From: Dimorphilus gyrociliatus
Taxonomy: Eukaryota; Animalia; Annelida
Direction of reading: 5' to 3'
Assembly: GCA_904063045.1 (NCBI GenBank)
Contig: CAJFCJ010000023.1
Coordinates: 124,001-188,000 of the forward strand
DNA: 64,000 nt
This document shows, one piece after another, positions 24,301-39,300 of the stretch (its first letter is position 1; each line of letters opens with the position of its first letter). A model generated the notes under the pieces. That model was not told the origin of the DNA and ran no database searches. It was given only the letters and a program-made list of their open reading frames with translations. A program made the translations under genes and the position numbers.

Positions 24301-27300
24301 TAACAGCTGAGGATCCGTGGAAAAAGCCTTCCGCTCCTGGCAAACCAGATATTTCAAAAGTTAAAGGAAAATCCATGAATTTAGAATGGACTGCACCAGA
24401 ATCGGATGGAGGGGCTAAAATAGATGAATATGTTCTAGAATATAGAACTGAAAGAGATATGTCTTGGAAGAGCTATAAAACAAAAGATACCTTGACAGAA
24501 CTAAAAGCTATAGCTACTAACTTGAAAGAAAATGAATCTTATCAATGGAAAGCAGCTGCTGTTAATAAAGCTGGTCGTGGTCCTTTCGGGGAGCCATCTG
24601 ATTTCATTAAGGCAGTCGAACCTGTAATTGGATCTGCACCAGAAATCAAGCCTTGCCTTGAAGATCAGACAATTGTATCACCCAATACCGCTACTTTTAA
24701 AACAAATATTGAAAGTAATCCCGAATCAAAAGTAACTTGGTACAAAGACGGTAGACTTTTACAAAACAGTACTACTGTATCAATATCATATGACGGATCC
24801 CTCGCCGAGTTAACTCTAAAGGATACCAAGGAAAAAGACGAAGGAACATATAAAGTATTAGCTGTAAATAAGATTGGTAAAAGCGAAAGTGAGGCAAATC
24901 TAGTCGTAGATGGTATGTATTCTTTTTAATTTCAATAGCATATGTTAGTAATAAATATATTTACAGCTTTGCCAAAAATATCCTTTAATGAAAAATTGAA
25001 GAATGTTTCTCTGAAAGTCAATCAAAAATTAAGAATTGAAACTCAGGTTGATGGAAAACCAAAGCCGACTCTCAAATGGCAAAAGGATGACACAATCCTC
25101 GATGAAGCTACTTCAAAAATTGCAATCGATAAAGTAAACCTCCAAGATAGCGGAGTATATAAATTAACAGCTGAGAATCAACACGGTTTAGACTCTGTTG
25201 AATTTACAATAACTATTAAAAATGTACCATCGCCTCCAAGAAATCTTCAACCAAAAGAAATTTATAATAACTTCATTGTTATACAATGGGATGAACCGGA
25301 AAGTGATGGCGGTGAACCTATTCAATCCTATACTATTCATAAAAGAGATGCTCAGAAACAAACTTGGATTAAAGTTGACAGCACTCAAGCAGATGTTCGA
25401 CAAATTAAAATTACGAAACTTACTGAAAATCATTCATACTTTTTTAAAATTGTCGCCGAAAACTCTATTGGAATTTCAGAGCCGTGTGAAAATACCGAAG
25501 CAATTAAGGCTGAATTGCCATTCAAACCTCCTGGACCTCCAGAGAATTTGAACGCTTCTAATACATCAAAAACTTCAACGACATTGAAATGGGATGAGCC
25601 TAGCAATGACGGTGGATCACCCGTAAAAGGTTACTTTGTTGAGAGAATGTCATCATACAGTTCGAGATGGTCGAAAGTAAATCAAAAGTTAGTAAAAGAG
25701 AAAGAATTGAATATATCAGATTTGGAAGAAGGTGTAGAATATAAATTCCGTGTAATGGCTGAAAATGAAGCGGGACTAGGAGAACCGTGTGAACCAATCA
25801 TACTTACTGCAAAAGATCCGTTTGGTATATATAAAAAAGATGCATATTTTATTGTTAAATGTATTAATAACTGTATGTTTTAGATTTACCATCAACTCCT
25901 GATAAGCCTTCCGTTACTGTCTTGGACAAACACTTTAAAGTAGACTGGGAACCAGTAAAGTCAGATGGAGGAGCTGAAATAATTAAATATGTTTTGGAGA
26001 TGAGGGAAAAGGGTGAAAGAAAATGGACAAAACTGGGTGAAAATGAAAATCTTATGGAGAGAACTTACTCATTTTCCAATTTAAAAGAAGGAATTGAATA
26101 CGAATTTAGAGTTGCCGCAGAAAATAAAGTCGGTACAAGTGATTTCTCAAAACCATCAGCAGCAGCAGTTTATGGTAATTTTTATTGTACATATCGACTA
26201 TATTTCTACATTAATAGCGTTGACTAATTATTTCAGTGGAAAGTATAAATTTCATCACTCCGCTAGAAGATCAAACGGTTGAAAGCTTTCCATCGAATGC
26301 CACTTTTGAATGCTGTATATCCAAAGATGATCTTAAACCAAAGTGGTTTAAAGATGGTAAAGAGCTAAGAAAAAATGCTAAATACGATATGGTTAGCAAA
26401 AATGGTACTCATTCGTTAATAATCGAAGACGTTGATGGAAAAGATGACGGAAAGTACACTGTAAAGTTTGATGATGTGGAAACATCAGCAAAACTAAAAG
26501 TTGCAGGTATATAATTTATATTAAGTATTATTTACAGTTGATAAATTATGAGAAATCTTTCTTTAGTACCGCCTACATTCAATACAAAAGATACACAAGA
26601 TGAAATTAAACTAAAAGTCGGACAGGCTACTGTAATCGAATTCCCTTATTCGGCTTATCCTAAACCCAAGGTTTCCTGGACATTTAAAGATAAACGCATC
26701 GAAGATACAAGAATACAGACAGAAACAATATCAAATATGACCGTTTTAAGATTGCAAAAAGCAAAGAAAACTGATGATGGAATATTCAAAGTTCATATTG
26801 AAAATGACTACGGCGAATGTTCCCTAACCGTTAAAGTTATCATTTTAGGTAAGAATATTACTATAACTCTACTTTATAGAAAAGTAAACACTATCTCTAT
26901 TCTTTAGATAAACCTGGGCCAGTTGAAAATTTAAAGGTAACTACTGTTGATTCATCAGAGGTAGGTTTAGTCTGGGCTGAACCAAATTTTGATGGTGGAT
27001 GCGAAATTGAAGAATATATTATTGAAAAAAGAGAAATTAAGAGGTCTTGGACCAGTGAAACGAAAACTGAAAAGTTAAATTGTGTTGTTAAAAATTTGAA
27101 TGAAGGAAAGACATACAATTTTAGAGTAGCGGCAACAAATGAAGTTGGTACTGGAGAATGGACAGAGTTAAGAGAGCCAGTTACTCCTAAAAGCAAATTT
27201 AGTAAGTTTTCTTAATTTATTTATAGCTTCTGCCAAAAAAAAGATTCTAAATTAAAATTTTCCAACGTAACAGATGTTCCTTCTCCTCCAAGAGAGATAA

Positions 27301-30300
27301 AGATTACAGAGTTTTCTAAGGACAGTTGTGTACTTACATGGATAGAACCTGAAAGCGATGGTGGAAAACCAATTACTGGATATTACATTGAAAAACGACA
27401 AACTTCAAGTAAATTATGGATCAAAGTCAACAAACAAGCTGTTACAGAAACTACGACTTCCGTTATGGAACTTATTGAAGATAATGAATATGTCTTTAGA
27501 GTTGTAGCCGAAAACGAAGTTGGTTTAAGCGAACCAAGTTCCGTCAGTGAACCAGCAACAGCTAAATCTCCTTACGGTTAGTAATTTAGAAAGGTATTCT
27601 GTGATATCTAATAATGGTCTATGACAATAAATTGTAGATAAACCAGACAAGCCAGGAAAACCAATTGCTTCAAACTTGAAAAAGAATAGCGTAAAATTAA
27701 ATTGGAATGAACCAGAAAATGATGGTGGTAACGAGATATTTAACTATGTTCTTGAAATGAGAAAAGACGGCGATTTTAAATGGAAGAAAGTTACCGAAGA
27801 GACTATTAAAAGTACTGAATTCAATGTTAAAGGTCTTAAAGAAAATGAAAAGTACGAATTTAGAGTAGCTGCCGAAAATATGGCAGGTGTAGGTCAATTT
27901 TCAGATTTAAGTGATCTAATTCTTATAAAAGAAAAGATAGGTAAGTAAAATTGAATAGTAAGGAATAAAAGACCAACTATAACTAAAAACTACTAATAAC
28001 AGTCGGACAAGAACCTAAAATACTTCAAAACCTGGAAGATCAAATAGCAAATCAATCGGAAGCTGTATCTCTCGAATGCAAAATTGACATTGGTGAACCA
28101 AAGAGTAAAGTAAAATTCTTTAAAGATGGTAGAGAAATAATAGAATCAAGCAAATATACAATTGCTTCCGTTGAAGAGACAATTACTCTTAAAATCAACA
28201 ATGTAGAAATGAAGGATGAAGGCACTTATAAAGTTGAAGCTATGAATAAACTTGGCAAAGTGGAAAGTAGCTGTAGTCTTACAGTTTATCGTAAGTCTTT
28301 TCACAATTCTATTGCTTCTATCTAACTTGTTCTGTTTTTACTTATTTGTACGTTTTTCTCTTAGTTCCTCCAAATATCTCTTATGATGATAAATTCAAAG
28401 GCAAACTCATACAAAAAGCTGAAACAACATTTACTTTTAATTGTCAAATTACTGGTAAACCTAAACCAGAAATTTCTCTTTTGAAAAATGATGAGGATTG
28501 TGAATTAACTGTTGAAATGATTAATGAAAGTGGAAAACTTTATATAAAGAAACTTCAATCAAAGGATACGGGAGATTATAAAATCTGTGCGAAAAATATT
28601 GCTGGAGAAGCTGAAGCTACTATTCAACTTCATATATTAGGTTTGCTATTTTATTAAGACTTTGTAAAATGGAATATATATATAAACATAAGATATTTCA
28701 ATTCTAAATAGATAAACCATCTCCACCGAGAAATCTACATGCCACCGAAATTTATAAGGATTACATAAGTGTTGAATGGGAGCAACCGGAATCTGATGGA
28801 GGTTCTGAAATAACGAAATATAGCCTTGAAAGAAAAGATGAGAAACGTAATAGATATGTAACGTGCGGAGATACTGATGCCACAACTCTTAAATGCAAGA
28901 TTACCAAATTGATCGAAGGAAATTTGTATTCGTTTAGAGTTTTTGCTCACAATGACGTAGGGTGTAGTAACCCCTGCGAAACAGAAGATCCAATCAAGGC
29001 TCGTCTACCATTTGGTAAGCTTACAATCTAATGCAATCCTATCATTAAAATTAATCTTTATGCATTTCTCTCAGATCCTCCTAATCCCCCAAGAAACTTG
29101 CGTAGTTCTGAAATTACGAAGAGTTCCGCAACTGTACAATTTGATGTACCAGACTACGATGGAGGCTCACCAATAACAGGCTATTACCTTGAGAAAAAAT
29201 CCGGAACTAGATGGGTTAAAGTAAATAAGAAATCGATAATGGAAATGAAATTTGAGATTAAGGATCTAATCGAAAATGAAACTTTTGAAGTAAGAGCCTT
29301 AGCTGAAAATAACGCAGGCATCTCTAAACCATCCCAAACGCTTGAATTCGTTGCAAAAAATCCGTTTGATGTTCCTGGACCGCCTGAAAATGTCAGAATA
29401 GATGAAATCTCTGAAACATGTCAATTACTTTGGGACGAACCTAAGAATGATGGTGGTGCTAAAGTTGAATATTATACGATAGAGAGCAGACTACAAGGGG
29501 AAATTTCATGGAAAAGCGTAACAAAGAAAGTTGTAGAGAAAACCACTGAGATTAATCTAGAAGAATATAAAGAATACGAATTTAGAGTATGTGCAACAAA
29601 TAAAGCCGGAAGTGGAAATTTCTCAAAAATCCTTAGTAGTATTAAATACAGTAATTATCTCAATATAAATAATGAATATTCAATAGATTAATTATATCGT
29701 TTTTTTTAGTACCAAAAATAGATTTCGTTGTTCCTATTGAAGATGTTACTGTTGAAAAATTGGGTGGAGCTGGAACGTTTGTATGTGAAGTAACAAGGGA
29801 AAATCTTAAACCTGAATGGTTCTTTAATAAGAAGAAAATTAATAGAAAATCAGACAAATTTGAAATAACTAGCACAAATGGAAGACATAGTCTTAAAATA
29901 AACGACTGTATTGGAGAAGACGAAGGAACTTATTCCGTTAAATTCCCAGATTTTGATGAATGTTCTGCAAAGCTATTTGTTAAAGTTCCGCCAAAATTCA
30001 ATATGGAATCAATAGAACAGAATATTACACTACATGCTGGAAAATCGCATGTTGTTGAATTTCCATTCGAATCTTATCCAGCACCGGAAGTTACATGGAA
30101 ACTAAATGGGTAAATAATCAATAGTTTCTTTTTTTAAGAAAGTTCTCTTCTAATTTAGTAAATAACTAATTGAATATCTACAGCTCTAGAATTACTGAAA
30201 AACGTATTCAAACGGAAACTATTCATAGTATGACAGTTTTAAGAATGGCTAAAGTTCAAAGGAAAGATAGTGGAAAATATACTGTAAAGATTAGCAATAA

Positions 30301-33300
30301 TTATGGTGAAACTGAATTAACCGTTAAAGTTACAGTTCTTGGTAAATAGAAAATAACAATGACCTATTTTTATTTTTAATTTTATTGCGTAATAACTACA
30401 GATAAACCTGATAAACCTAATAACTTTCATGTAAAATCATATACTGAGGATTCAGTTAGCCTACAATGGTCCGAACCCGACGACAACGGTAATATTACAT
30501 TTACATAATAAGAATTCTAATAAGAACTCTGATAAACCTTAACTTTTCCTTTGTTTTAGGTGGATGCATCATCAATTCGTATATCCTTGAAAAGCGTGAA
30601 GTCTCTAAAAGAACATGGACTAAAGTGGATGATGTAGAAGATGTCGAATACGATGTTGATGATTTAAAAGAGGGTACTACCTATCAATTTAGAGTAGCTG
30701 CCGAAAACGATGTAGGCATGGGTGAATTTGTAGAATTACCAAAGCCAATTACTCCAAAAACTCAGAAAGGTAATAATAAATTCCTTCTAGAATTTCTATA
30801 TGAATATTTTATCAATACATTCCTCTAGAAAAACCATCTCCGCCAAGAAATCCAACAGTTAATGAACAACGAAAGACTCATATTAAAATTTCATGGGAGG
30901 TTCCAGAAAGTGATGGCGGAAGTGAACTACTAGGATATTATGTTGAACGTAAAACTTCATCGAGTGCCAGATGGATAAGATGTAATAAAACTCCGCAGGC
31001 TGAACTCGAAATGACTTTCTCAGATGTTATTGAATCTACCGAGTATATATTTAAGATAGTAGCTGTTAACAAAGTTGGAGAGAGTGAACCTGTTGAAACG
31101 CAACCAATTATTGCCAAAGATCCATGGGATAAACCGGGAAAGCCTAATCCCCCAAAAGTATCCAATATAAAAGATACTTCTGTGAAACTTAACTGGGAGG
31201 CACCGGACAACGGAGGAAGCGAAATTACAAATTATGTTCTGGAAATGAGAGCTGAAGAAACGATAGGATGGACCTTGGTTACTAAAAACAATATTAGAGA
31301 TGTATGCTTTGATGTCAGGAAGTTGAAAACTAAGGATCTCTACGAATTTAGAGTTGCAGCCGAAAACTGCGCAGGACAAGGACCATTCTCTGATCCTTCT
31401 TCGCCAGTGAAAGTTGAAGAAAAATTAGGTTTGCTTAAAGATTTCCTATTTGTTTAGTTAAAAAGTAACCTTTTTTAAATATTTCAGTTGGAACTGGTCC
31501 AAAGATTGTAAGCGACTTGTCCAATGTAACGAAAACCAGCCCAAACAAAGTGATCTTGGAATGTTCCGTCGATCTTGGTGAGCCTGAGGCTAAAGTATCA
31601 TGGTTCCTCGAGGAGAGAGAACTTAGCGTTGGAGATAAATTTGAGATTCTGCAGAAGGTTGATACTAAAATTTGAATAATTTTCAATATTTTAACATATA
31701 CGCTATTAATTAATCAGGGTCAACTAGCTGCATTGGTAATAAACAATTCGACGATAAAAGATACTGGAGTTTATAAAATAGTTGCAAAGAATAAAATAGG
31801 AATTGCCGAAAGTGATTGTTCAGTAACGATTAATGGTAAATTGTTTAAAGTTATTTAAATGAAATAATTGACAATTAATTCATGCTTTTAAACTAATAGA
31901 TACACCAAAATTGTCATGGATTAATGAACCAGACTTAAGGAATTTGAAAGCTGGACAAAGCGTTAATCTCTCAGCGAATTTTACTGGAACTCCACAACCA
32001 AATATCTCTTGGTTTATAAACAACGATATTCTAGAAATTAATGAAAATACCAGAATAGAAGTAAAAGATTCAGTGACAAATTTGTCATTGAAAAATATCA
32101 ATGGGAAGTACTCTGGTAAATTAGGAGTTATGGCTGAAAATGTCGTAGGAAAGGAGGAGATTGACACCGAAATTATGGTTAAAGGTAATAATCGATGGTT
32201 TTCTATTTGATACTAATTTGCACAGAGCTTTATTTACTTTCAATCTACCAATTAGATATACCATCTCCACCTCAAAATTTAACTGTCAAAGAGATTAACA
32301 AGGATTATGCAATAATCAAATGGACCAAACCCCAGACTGATGGAGGAAGTCCAATCGTCTCATACAAAATTGATAAAAAAGACATAACAAAGACGACTTT
32401 CATGAACTCTGGAAATGTTTCTGAAGATTCATTTGAACATAAAGTAACAAAACTGATTGAAGGACACGAGTATCTATTTAGAGTTGTGGCTGAAAATGCT
32501 GTTGGTGATAGTGAGCCAGCTCTTATAACTGAGCCTGTAAAGGCTAGATTGCCATTTGGTTAGTTGAACTTGCCTAAATTAATACAAAAAAATATCTAAT
32601 CGAGTTTAAATCTATAGATCCACCAAATCCTCCAAGGAACTTGAAAGTCAAAGACATTACTTGTAACGGATGCCAGTTGACTTTTGAGGAACCAAGCTTT
32701 GATGGAGGTTCTCCCATTACAGGCTACTATATTGAATATCTAGCTGGTAACCGATGGATTAAAGTAAATAGGACTCCTATTAAAACGTTGGAATACGTTA
32801 TCAAAGACCTGATTGAGGGTGAAACTTATGCGTATCGAGTAATAGCTGAGAATAAAGCAGGTTTAAGCAAACCGTCTGAAGAATGTAAAGAGTTCGTTGC
32901 TAAAGATCCTTACACAGTTCCTGGAAAACCAGGACGACCCGATATAGTAGAATTACAAGCAACTTCCACCGATTTAACATGGACAGAACCCGAAAGTGAT
33001 GGTGGAGCCACCATATCAAATTTCGTTGTCGAATATAGGTTAATAAAGATTGCATAAGTATAAGTATATTGCATAATAATTAACTTTCATGTTTCACAGA
33101 GAAACTACAATGAGAAAATGGAAAGTGGCAAATAAAGATATCATAGTATCAGTTAAAAATTTCTCTGTGGTTGGTCTAGAAGAAGGAGTTGAGTATGAAT
33201 TCAGAGTCACAGCAGAGAATAAGGCTGGCTGTGGTACTCCATCCGACCCAAGTAGAGCAGTTAAATACGGTAAATACTACAAAGCTTAGAAATTAGTCTT

Positions 33301-36300
33301 TCTAGATTTATTTACCAATAATTATCTATTTTTCAGTTGAACCAATTATTTTCACTAAAGACCTACCAAATTTAAAATTGAACAAGTTGAACGAAACAGT
33401 TGAACTTGATTGTGAAATTTCACGTAGTGATCTGAAATTACAATGGTTTAAAGATGAAACACGACTAACAAAAAGTGACAAATACGAATTTAAATCTCAA
33501 GGAAAAGTTCATAAATTAATAATTAATGACGTCACTGAAAAAGTAAGTCTAATCTAAGAGATAGTTTTTATTCTCTTTTTTCGATACTATAATAATTTTA
33601 TAACTAGGATTCGGGCGATTATTCTGCCACGTATGATAAAGCATATACTTCAGGATCGATCGAAATTCATGGTATTTATAATCGGCTTCTATTGTTTATG
33701 ATTTATTATATATAAAATATTTTTTGTATTATAGTTCCGCCATCATTTAAGGAACACGCATACGGCGATCAGATAATTCTGAATGTTGGCCAAAGTTCAG
33801 TTATTGAAATTCCATTTGTAGCTTGGCCTAAGGCTGATGTTGCATGGAAATATAAGAATGGAAAACTACCAGATGCAAGAAGATTTAAAGTTGATACTAT
33901 TCACGGAATGACATCATTAAATCTATCGAAAGCAAAGAAAACTGATGCTGGATTGTATAGTATTACTATTGAAAACTTGTTGGGTAAGGAAACCCTTAGT
34001 ATTGAAATTTTGGTCTTAGGTAAGATATTATTTCGAAATAATTGAAAATTCAAAAGATCTTTAATTTGTTTATTATTATAATCTAGATAAACCTGGAAAA
34101 GTACAAAATTTGGCTGTTCAAGCAACAACTGAAAATTCAATCACGCTCGAGTGGGAAGATCCAGAAGACGATGGTGGTTGCCTAATTACTGAATTCGTTT
34201 TAGAGAAGAGAGAAACTTCAAAACGCAACTGGGAAACAGTTGGGAATTCTACAGTTTTGGAGTATGAAATTGAAAATTTAACCGAAGGCAAAAACTATAC
34301 ATTCAGAGTAGCTGCCGTAAATCAAGTAGGAACGGGAGAGTTCTCCGAATTAGATAAGAGTGTTCAAGCCAAGATTCAAGCAGGTATATTGCATTATAAT
34401 TAAAACTCTGACAGGTCATAAACATGTGTTCTTTTCTTGAAGATGTCCCAAGTCCTCCTTTTAAACCAGAAATATCCGATATCAGATCCAATTCTTGTAA
34501 ACTTTCATGGGATAAACCAGATAATGATGGTGGTTCTCCAATTACTGGCTATATGGTTGAGAGAGTTGCTAGAGGATCATCCAGATGGTTAAAAATAACA
34601 AAATCTCCTGTTGAGGTATACTATTTATCTAAATTTCGAAAAATAATGAAAAGTTAATACGTTCTTAATCCTTTCTTTAATTAGGAGACATCTTTCTCAG
34701 TTGAGGATTTAGTGGAAGATACTGAATATTCTTTTAGAGTAATTGCATTAAATAAAATAGGTCAGAGCGAACCTGGAAAACAATCCGATACGATACTTGC
34801 GAAAGATCCTTGGTGTAAGCTATATATTTTATTACTTTTAAATACTTTTATTCTAAGGATCTTTAACAATATATTATTAAATTTACAGCGAAACCTGGTA
34901 AACCAGAACCCCCTAAAGTTTCAAACATTAAAGATACATCTGTATCTTTATCATGGAAACCTCCAGAGGACGATGGTGGTTCAGAGATTACGAATTATGT
35001 TATTGAATCTCGATTAGAAGGCGCATTCAAATGGAAAAAAATAACAACGCGCACAATAACAGAATTATTCTACGAAGTGAAACAATTAAACACTAAAGAC
35101 GTCTACGAATTTAGAATAGCTGCTGAAAATATGGCTGGTGTTGGTCCATTTTCAGAACCATGTCAACCAGTTCTTATTAAAAAACCATTAGGTAAGTTTT
35201 TATAGTTGTATATCTTGCTGTAGGTTAACAATATTTCGTATTTAGATGGAGCGCCACCTAAGCTCTTACAACCCCTTATGGATATGGTAGTTATTGCTCC
35301 AGAAGAAGTTCATCTCGAATGCGAATTTGATGTTGGTAAACCTCCAGCAAATATAACCTGGTTTAAAGACAATCGTCAAATACAAAAGAGTAGTAGCTAT
35401 AAGGAAAGCTTTAATGACAAACTGGCTGTGCTCTACATCAAAAAAACAGAAGCTTCTTATACAGGAAAATACAGTTGTGAAGCTTTGAATAAGCATGGTA
35501 AAATTTCTACTGAATGCTTTTTGGAAGTTCAATGTCCTCCAAAACTTACTGTTGAAAAAGACGAATACATTGCAAAGGAAGGTTCCTCATTAAAAATCAG
35601 AGTTAATTATTCGGGTATTCCCCAACCATCATTAAAATGGCAACATAACAACAATGATATTCTCAGAGATATAACAAGTGATGGAAAAATAACTGAATTA
35701 AGTTTAACAGATATTAACCAGGAAAATACCGGACAATATACAGTACAAGCGAAAAATGAAGTAGGAGAATATAAAGTTGAATTTAAAGTTAAAGTTCTGG
35801 GCAAACCTTCAGAACCTCTAGATTTAGAGGTTCAAGAGGTTAATAAGAGCTATGTTGTACTGGTGTGGAGAGCACCGAAATCGAATGGTGGCTCTAATAT
35901 TCAGAAATATATTATAGAAAAAGCAGATTCTACTAGACTCAGCTTTACAACAGCTGGAAGTACCGAAGATTTAGTATTCAAAGTTGGTAAACTACACGAA
36001 GGTAATGAATATAACTTCAGAGTCGCAGCTGAGAATGAAGTTGGAGTTGGAACTTATGCAAAATTGAACGATATCAAAGCAAGATTGCCTTTTGGTAAGA
36101 ATTTTCTTAAACTGTATACTTTTTGTAATGTTTTTTTTCATTATATTCTTCTTAGATCCTCCAAGTCCACCAAGGAATGTTTTGGTAGGAGATATCACAA
36201 AATCATCTTGTAAATTGACATGGGATGCACCAGTTAACGATGGAGGCAACAAAATTTCTGGATATCTTGTGGAAAAATGCACTGGATATTCATCTAGATG

Positions 36301-39300
36301 GATTAAGATTAACAAGGAAGAAATAAAGAATCTTTTCTTATCCATTAATGATCTTGTTGAGGATAGTGAATACGATTTTAGAGTTATTGCTGTAAACGAA
36401 GCAGGACAATCCAAGCCTTCTGAATCAACTGGATTAATAAAAGCGAGAGATCCATACGACAAACCAAATAAACCGGAAAGTTTAAAAATTGAAGAATTCT
36501 TAGCAAATAGTGCAACTCTTAAATGGAATGCTCCGGAAAATGACGGTGGAAGTAAAATCATAGAATATATTGTTGAATGGAAAAGAGTTGGAGAAAAAAG
36601 ATGGAGGCAAAATAAAGTAAAAGACACAGAGTTTACTGTAAAAAATTTGGATGAAGGAGAAGAATACGAATTTAAGGTTGCAGCAATAAACAAAGTTGGT
36701 CAAGGAAGTTATACAAACACCATGTCAGGAAAATATAGTAAGTAATTCTTACATATTTAGCATTTTCTATTACTCTAAAATATACATTTCCTTAATATTT
36801 ATAGTTGATGATATTTACTTCAAGAAGACTTTGGAAAATTTAACAATTACCAAACTCGAGAAATCTATAAAATTTGAATGTGAAATGTCAAAACCTGATT
36901 TGAAAGTTGATTGGTTCTTTAATTCAAAAACCATTAGAAAAGACGATAAATATGATATACAAACTAGTGGTTGTACCCATACACTACTTATTAACGACCT
37001 CAATATAAGTGATATTGGGCAATACCGAGCATCATATGGAAATTTAATGACTGAATGCGAGTTTAACATTGAAAGTAAGATTTTTTTCAATTATAGCTTT
37101 TTTAAATTAAATTATTGAATATGAATTTTATTCAGTGCCACCCAAATTTGAGAAACATTCGAATAAAGAAAAGATCATTCTAGCTATTGGATCATCATGC
37201 GTTATAGAATTACCATTTGTCGCTAGTCCTGCTGCCAATGTAGAATGGACTTACAATGGTTCCTCTCTACATTCGGGAAAGAAACTGAAAATTGATACTA
37301 TAACGTTTGTTTTAGATAATATTATAATAAAAAATTCATTTTATAATGCTAATTTAATTCATAGGAGGATGACTTCGCTCAATATTTCAAAAGTAACACC
37401 AAAGGATGCTGGTAACTATTCGGTTACAATAAAAAATAAGTTTGGCGAAGCTAAATTCGACTTTAAACTAATCATTCTCAGTAAGTTATATACTAAACTT
37501 TAAATTTTAAAGCACAAAACACGAATCATCCAATTCTACTTTTAGATAAACCTGGACCACCTGAAAATTTTAAGGTTACAAATTTCACCGAATCCACAGT
37601 ATTTTTACAATGGCAAACTCCAAAGAGTGACGGTGGAAGTGATATTATAAAATATGTTATTGAACAAAGAGAATCAAATAGACGTTTATGGCAAAAAATC
37701 TGTGACGTTGAAGCTTGTAAATTTGAAGTAACTAATCTCTTTGAAGGAGAGAAGTATTCATTTAGAGTTGCTGCCGTAAATGAAATTGATATTGGTGAAT
37801 TTGCTGAATTGGCAACAAATGTTATTCCAAAATGTACCCATGGTAATTATTTGATAATTAGAGTAAACTTTATTATCTCAACTTCTTAATGTGCTTTTAT
37901 AGATCCTCCTGGTCCACCCTCAAAGCCTATTGTTGATAAAATATTAAAGAAGTCTTGTGAGCTAACCTGGAGAGAACCAACAGATAATGGAGGAAGTGAA
38001 ATAACAGGATATTATGTAGAGAGATGCTTAGCAGCAAAGGTGAAATCATCAGCTCGCTGGATTATAATTAATAGGTAATTTTTTGACTTTTTAGTCAATT
38101 GAATTATATTACAACTAATTATAAAATTGTTCCTGAAATCTAGGCAACCAATCACTGAACTCTTCTACAAGACGGAGGATTTAATTGAAGACAACGAATA
38201 CGAATTTAGAATTATAGCTGAAAACAAAGTAGGAAGAGGACCTCCAAGTCAGTCTTCTGAAGTAATTAAAGCTAAAGATCCATGGGGTAAATTGTTATAT
38301 ATTTAAATATTTCTTCTATAGTTGACATTATGTTTTTTGTAGAAAAACCAGGTAAACCTTCTAGTTTATCTCTAAGTAAATCTTTCCTCAAATGGAGAGC
38401 TCCTACTTCCGATGGTGGAAGTGAAATTTTCAACTATGTCGTCGAATATAAACTTTCGGACAGTTTTAAATGGGTAAAAGCCACTAAAGAAGGAGTTTAT
38501 CATTCGGAATGTGAAATAGACCTATCTAAGCTCAATTTTAAAGAGGATGTCTACGAACTTAGAGTAGCGGCTGAAAATGAAGCTGGTGTAGGAAATTTTT
38601 CAGAAACTTTTACCTCAACTAAGGAAGAAAAAGCAAAGAAAGGAATAAAGAAACCGGAAATATCAAGAGAACTTAAAGATTTATCCGTTATATCACCTGA
38701 GAAAATAAGTCTTAAAGTTGAAGGAAGCTTCGAAAATTGTAATTTTAGCTGGTATAGAAATAGTAAAGAGATATATCCGGGAGGGAAAACAACTATTTCA
38801 AATAGTGAAGAATCTTCATCTCTTACCATATCTGAATCCCAGACTAACGACGAAGGGTGTTATAAAGTATTTATAAATAACAAATCTGGTAGTACCGAAT
38901 CAGAATGCACAGTATCAGTTAAAGGTAATGTGTTCATTAAACTTGCTTCTTAACTTTAATATAATCAGAAATTTCTCTCAATAGTTGCCCCAAAAATCAC
39001 TTTTACTGAAAAAGACCTTAAACAAACTATTAAAACTGGTAACTCAACCAATTTGCCTATTAACTTTATCGGACATCCAAAACCTCAAATAACCTGGACA
39101 TTTAACAAAGAAATACTTCAAGAAAGTGATAAAGTAAAGATATCAACTGTTTCTGATCATTGTATAGTAGATTTAAAGAATGCTTCAATGAAGCAAAAAG
39201 GTAAATATAGAGTTGAAGCTAAGAATGATATTGGAAGTGATTCGGTTGAATTCATCTTGGAAGTAATTGGTAAGCGACTATTTTTCACTTAAGTTTTTTA

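Noticed and set aside
16622-37364. Introns that are in frame and stop-free (e.g. 16622-16684, 37305-37364), suggesting regulated retention
   Set aside because: With about 100 introns of about 60 nt, several are expected by chance. Retention would interrupt folded domains or tight linkers, and there is no other support.
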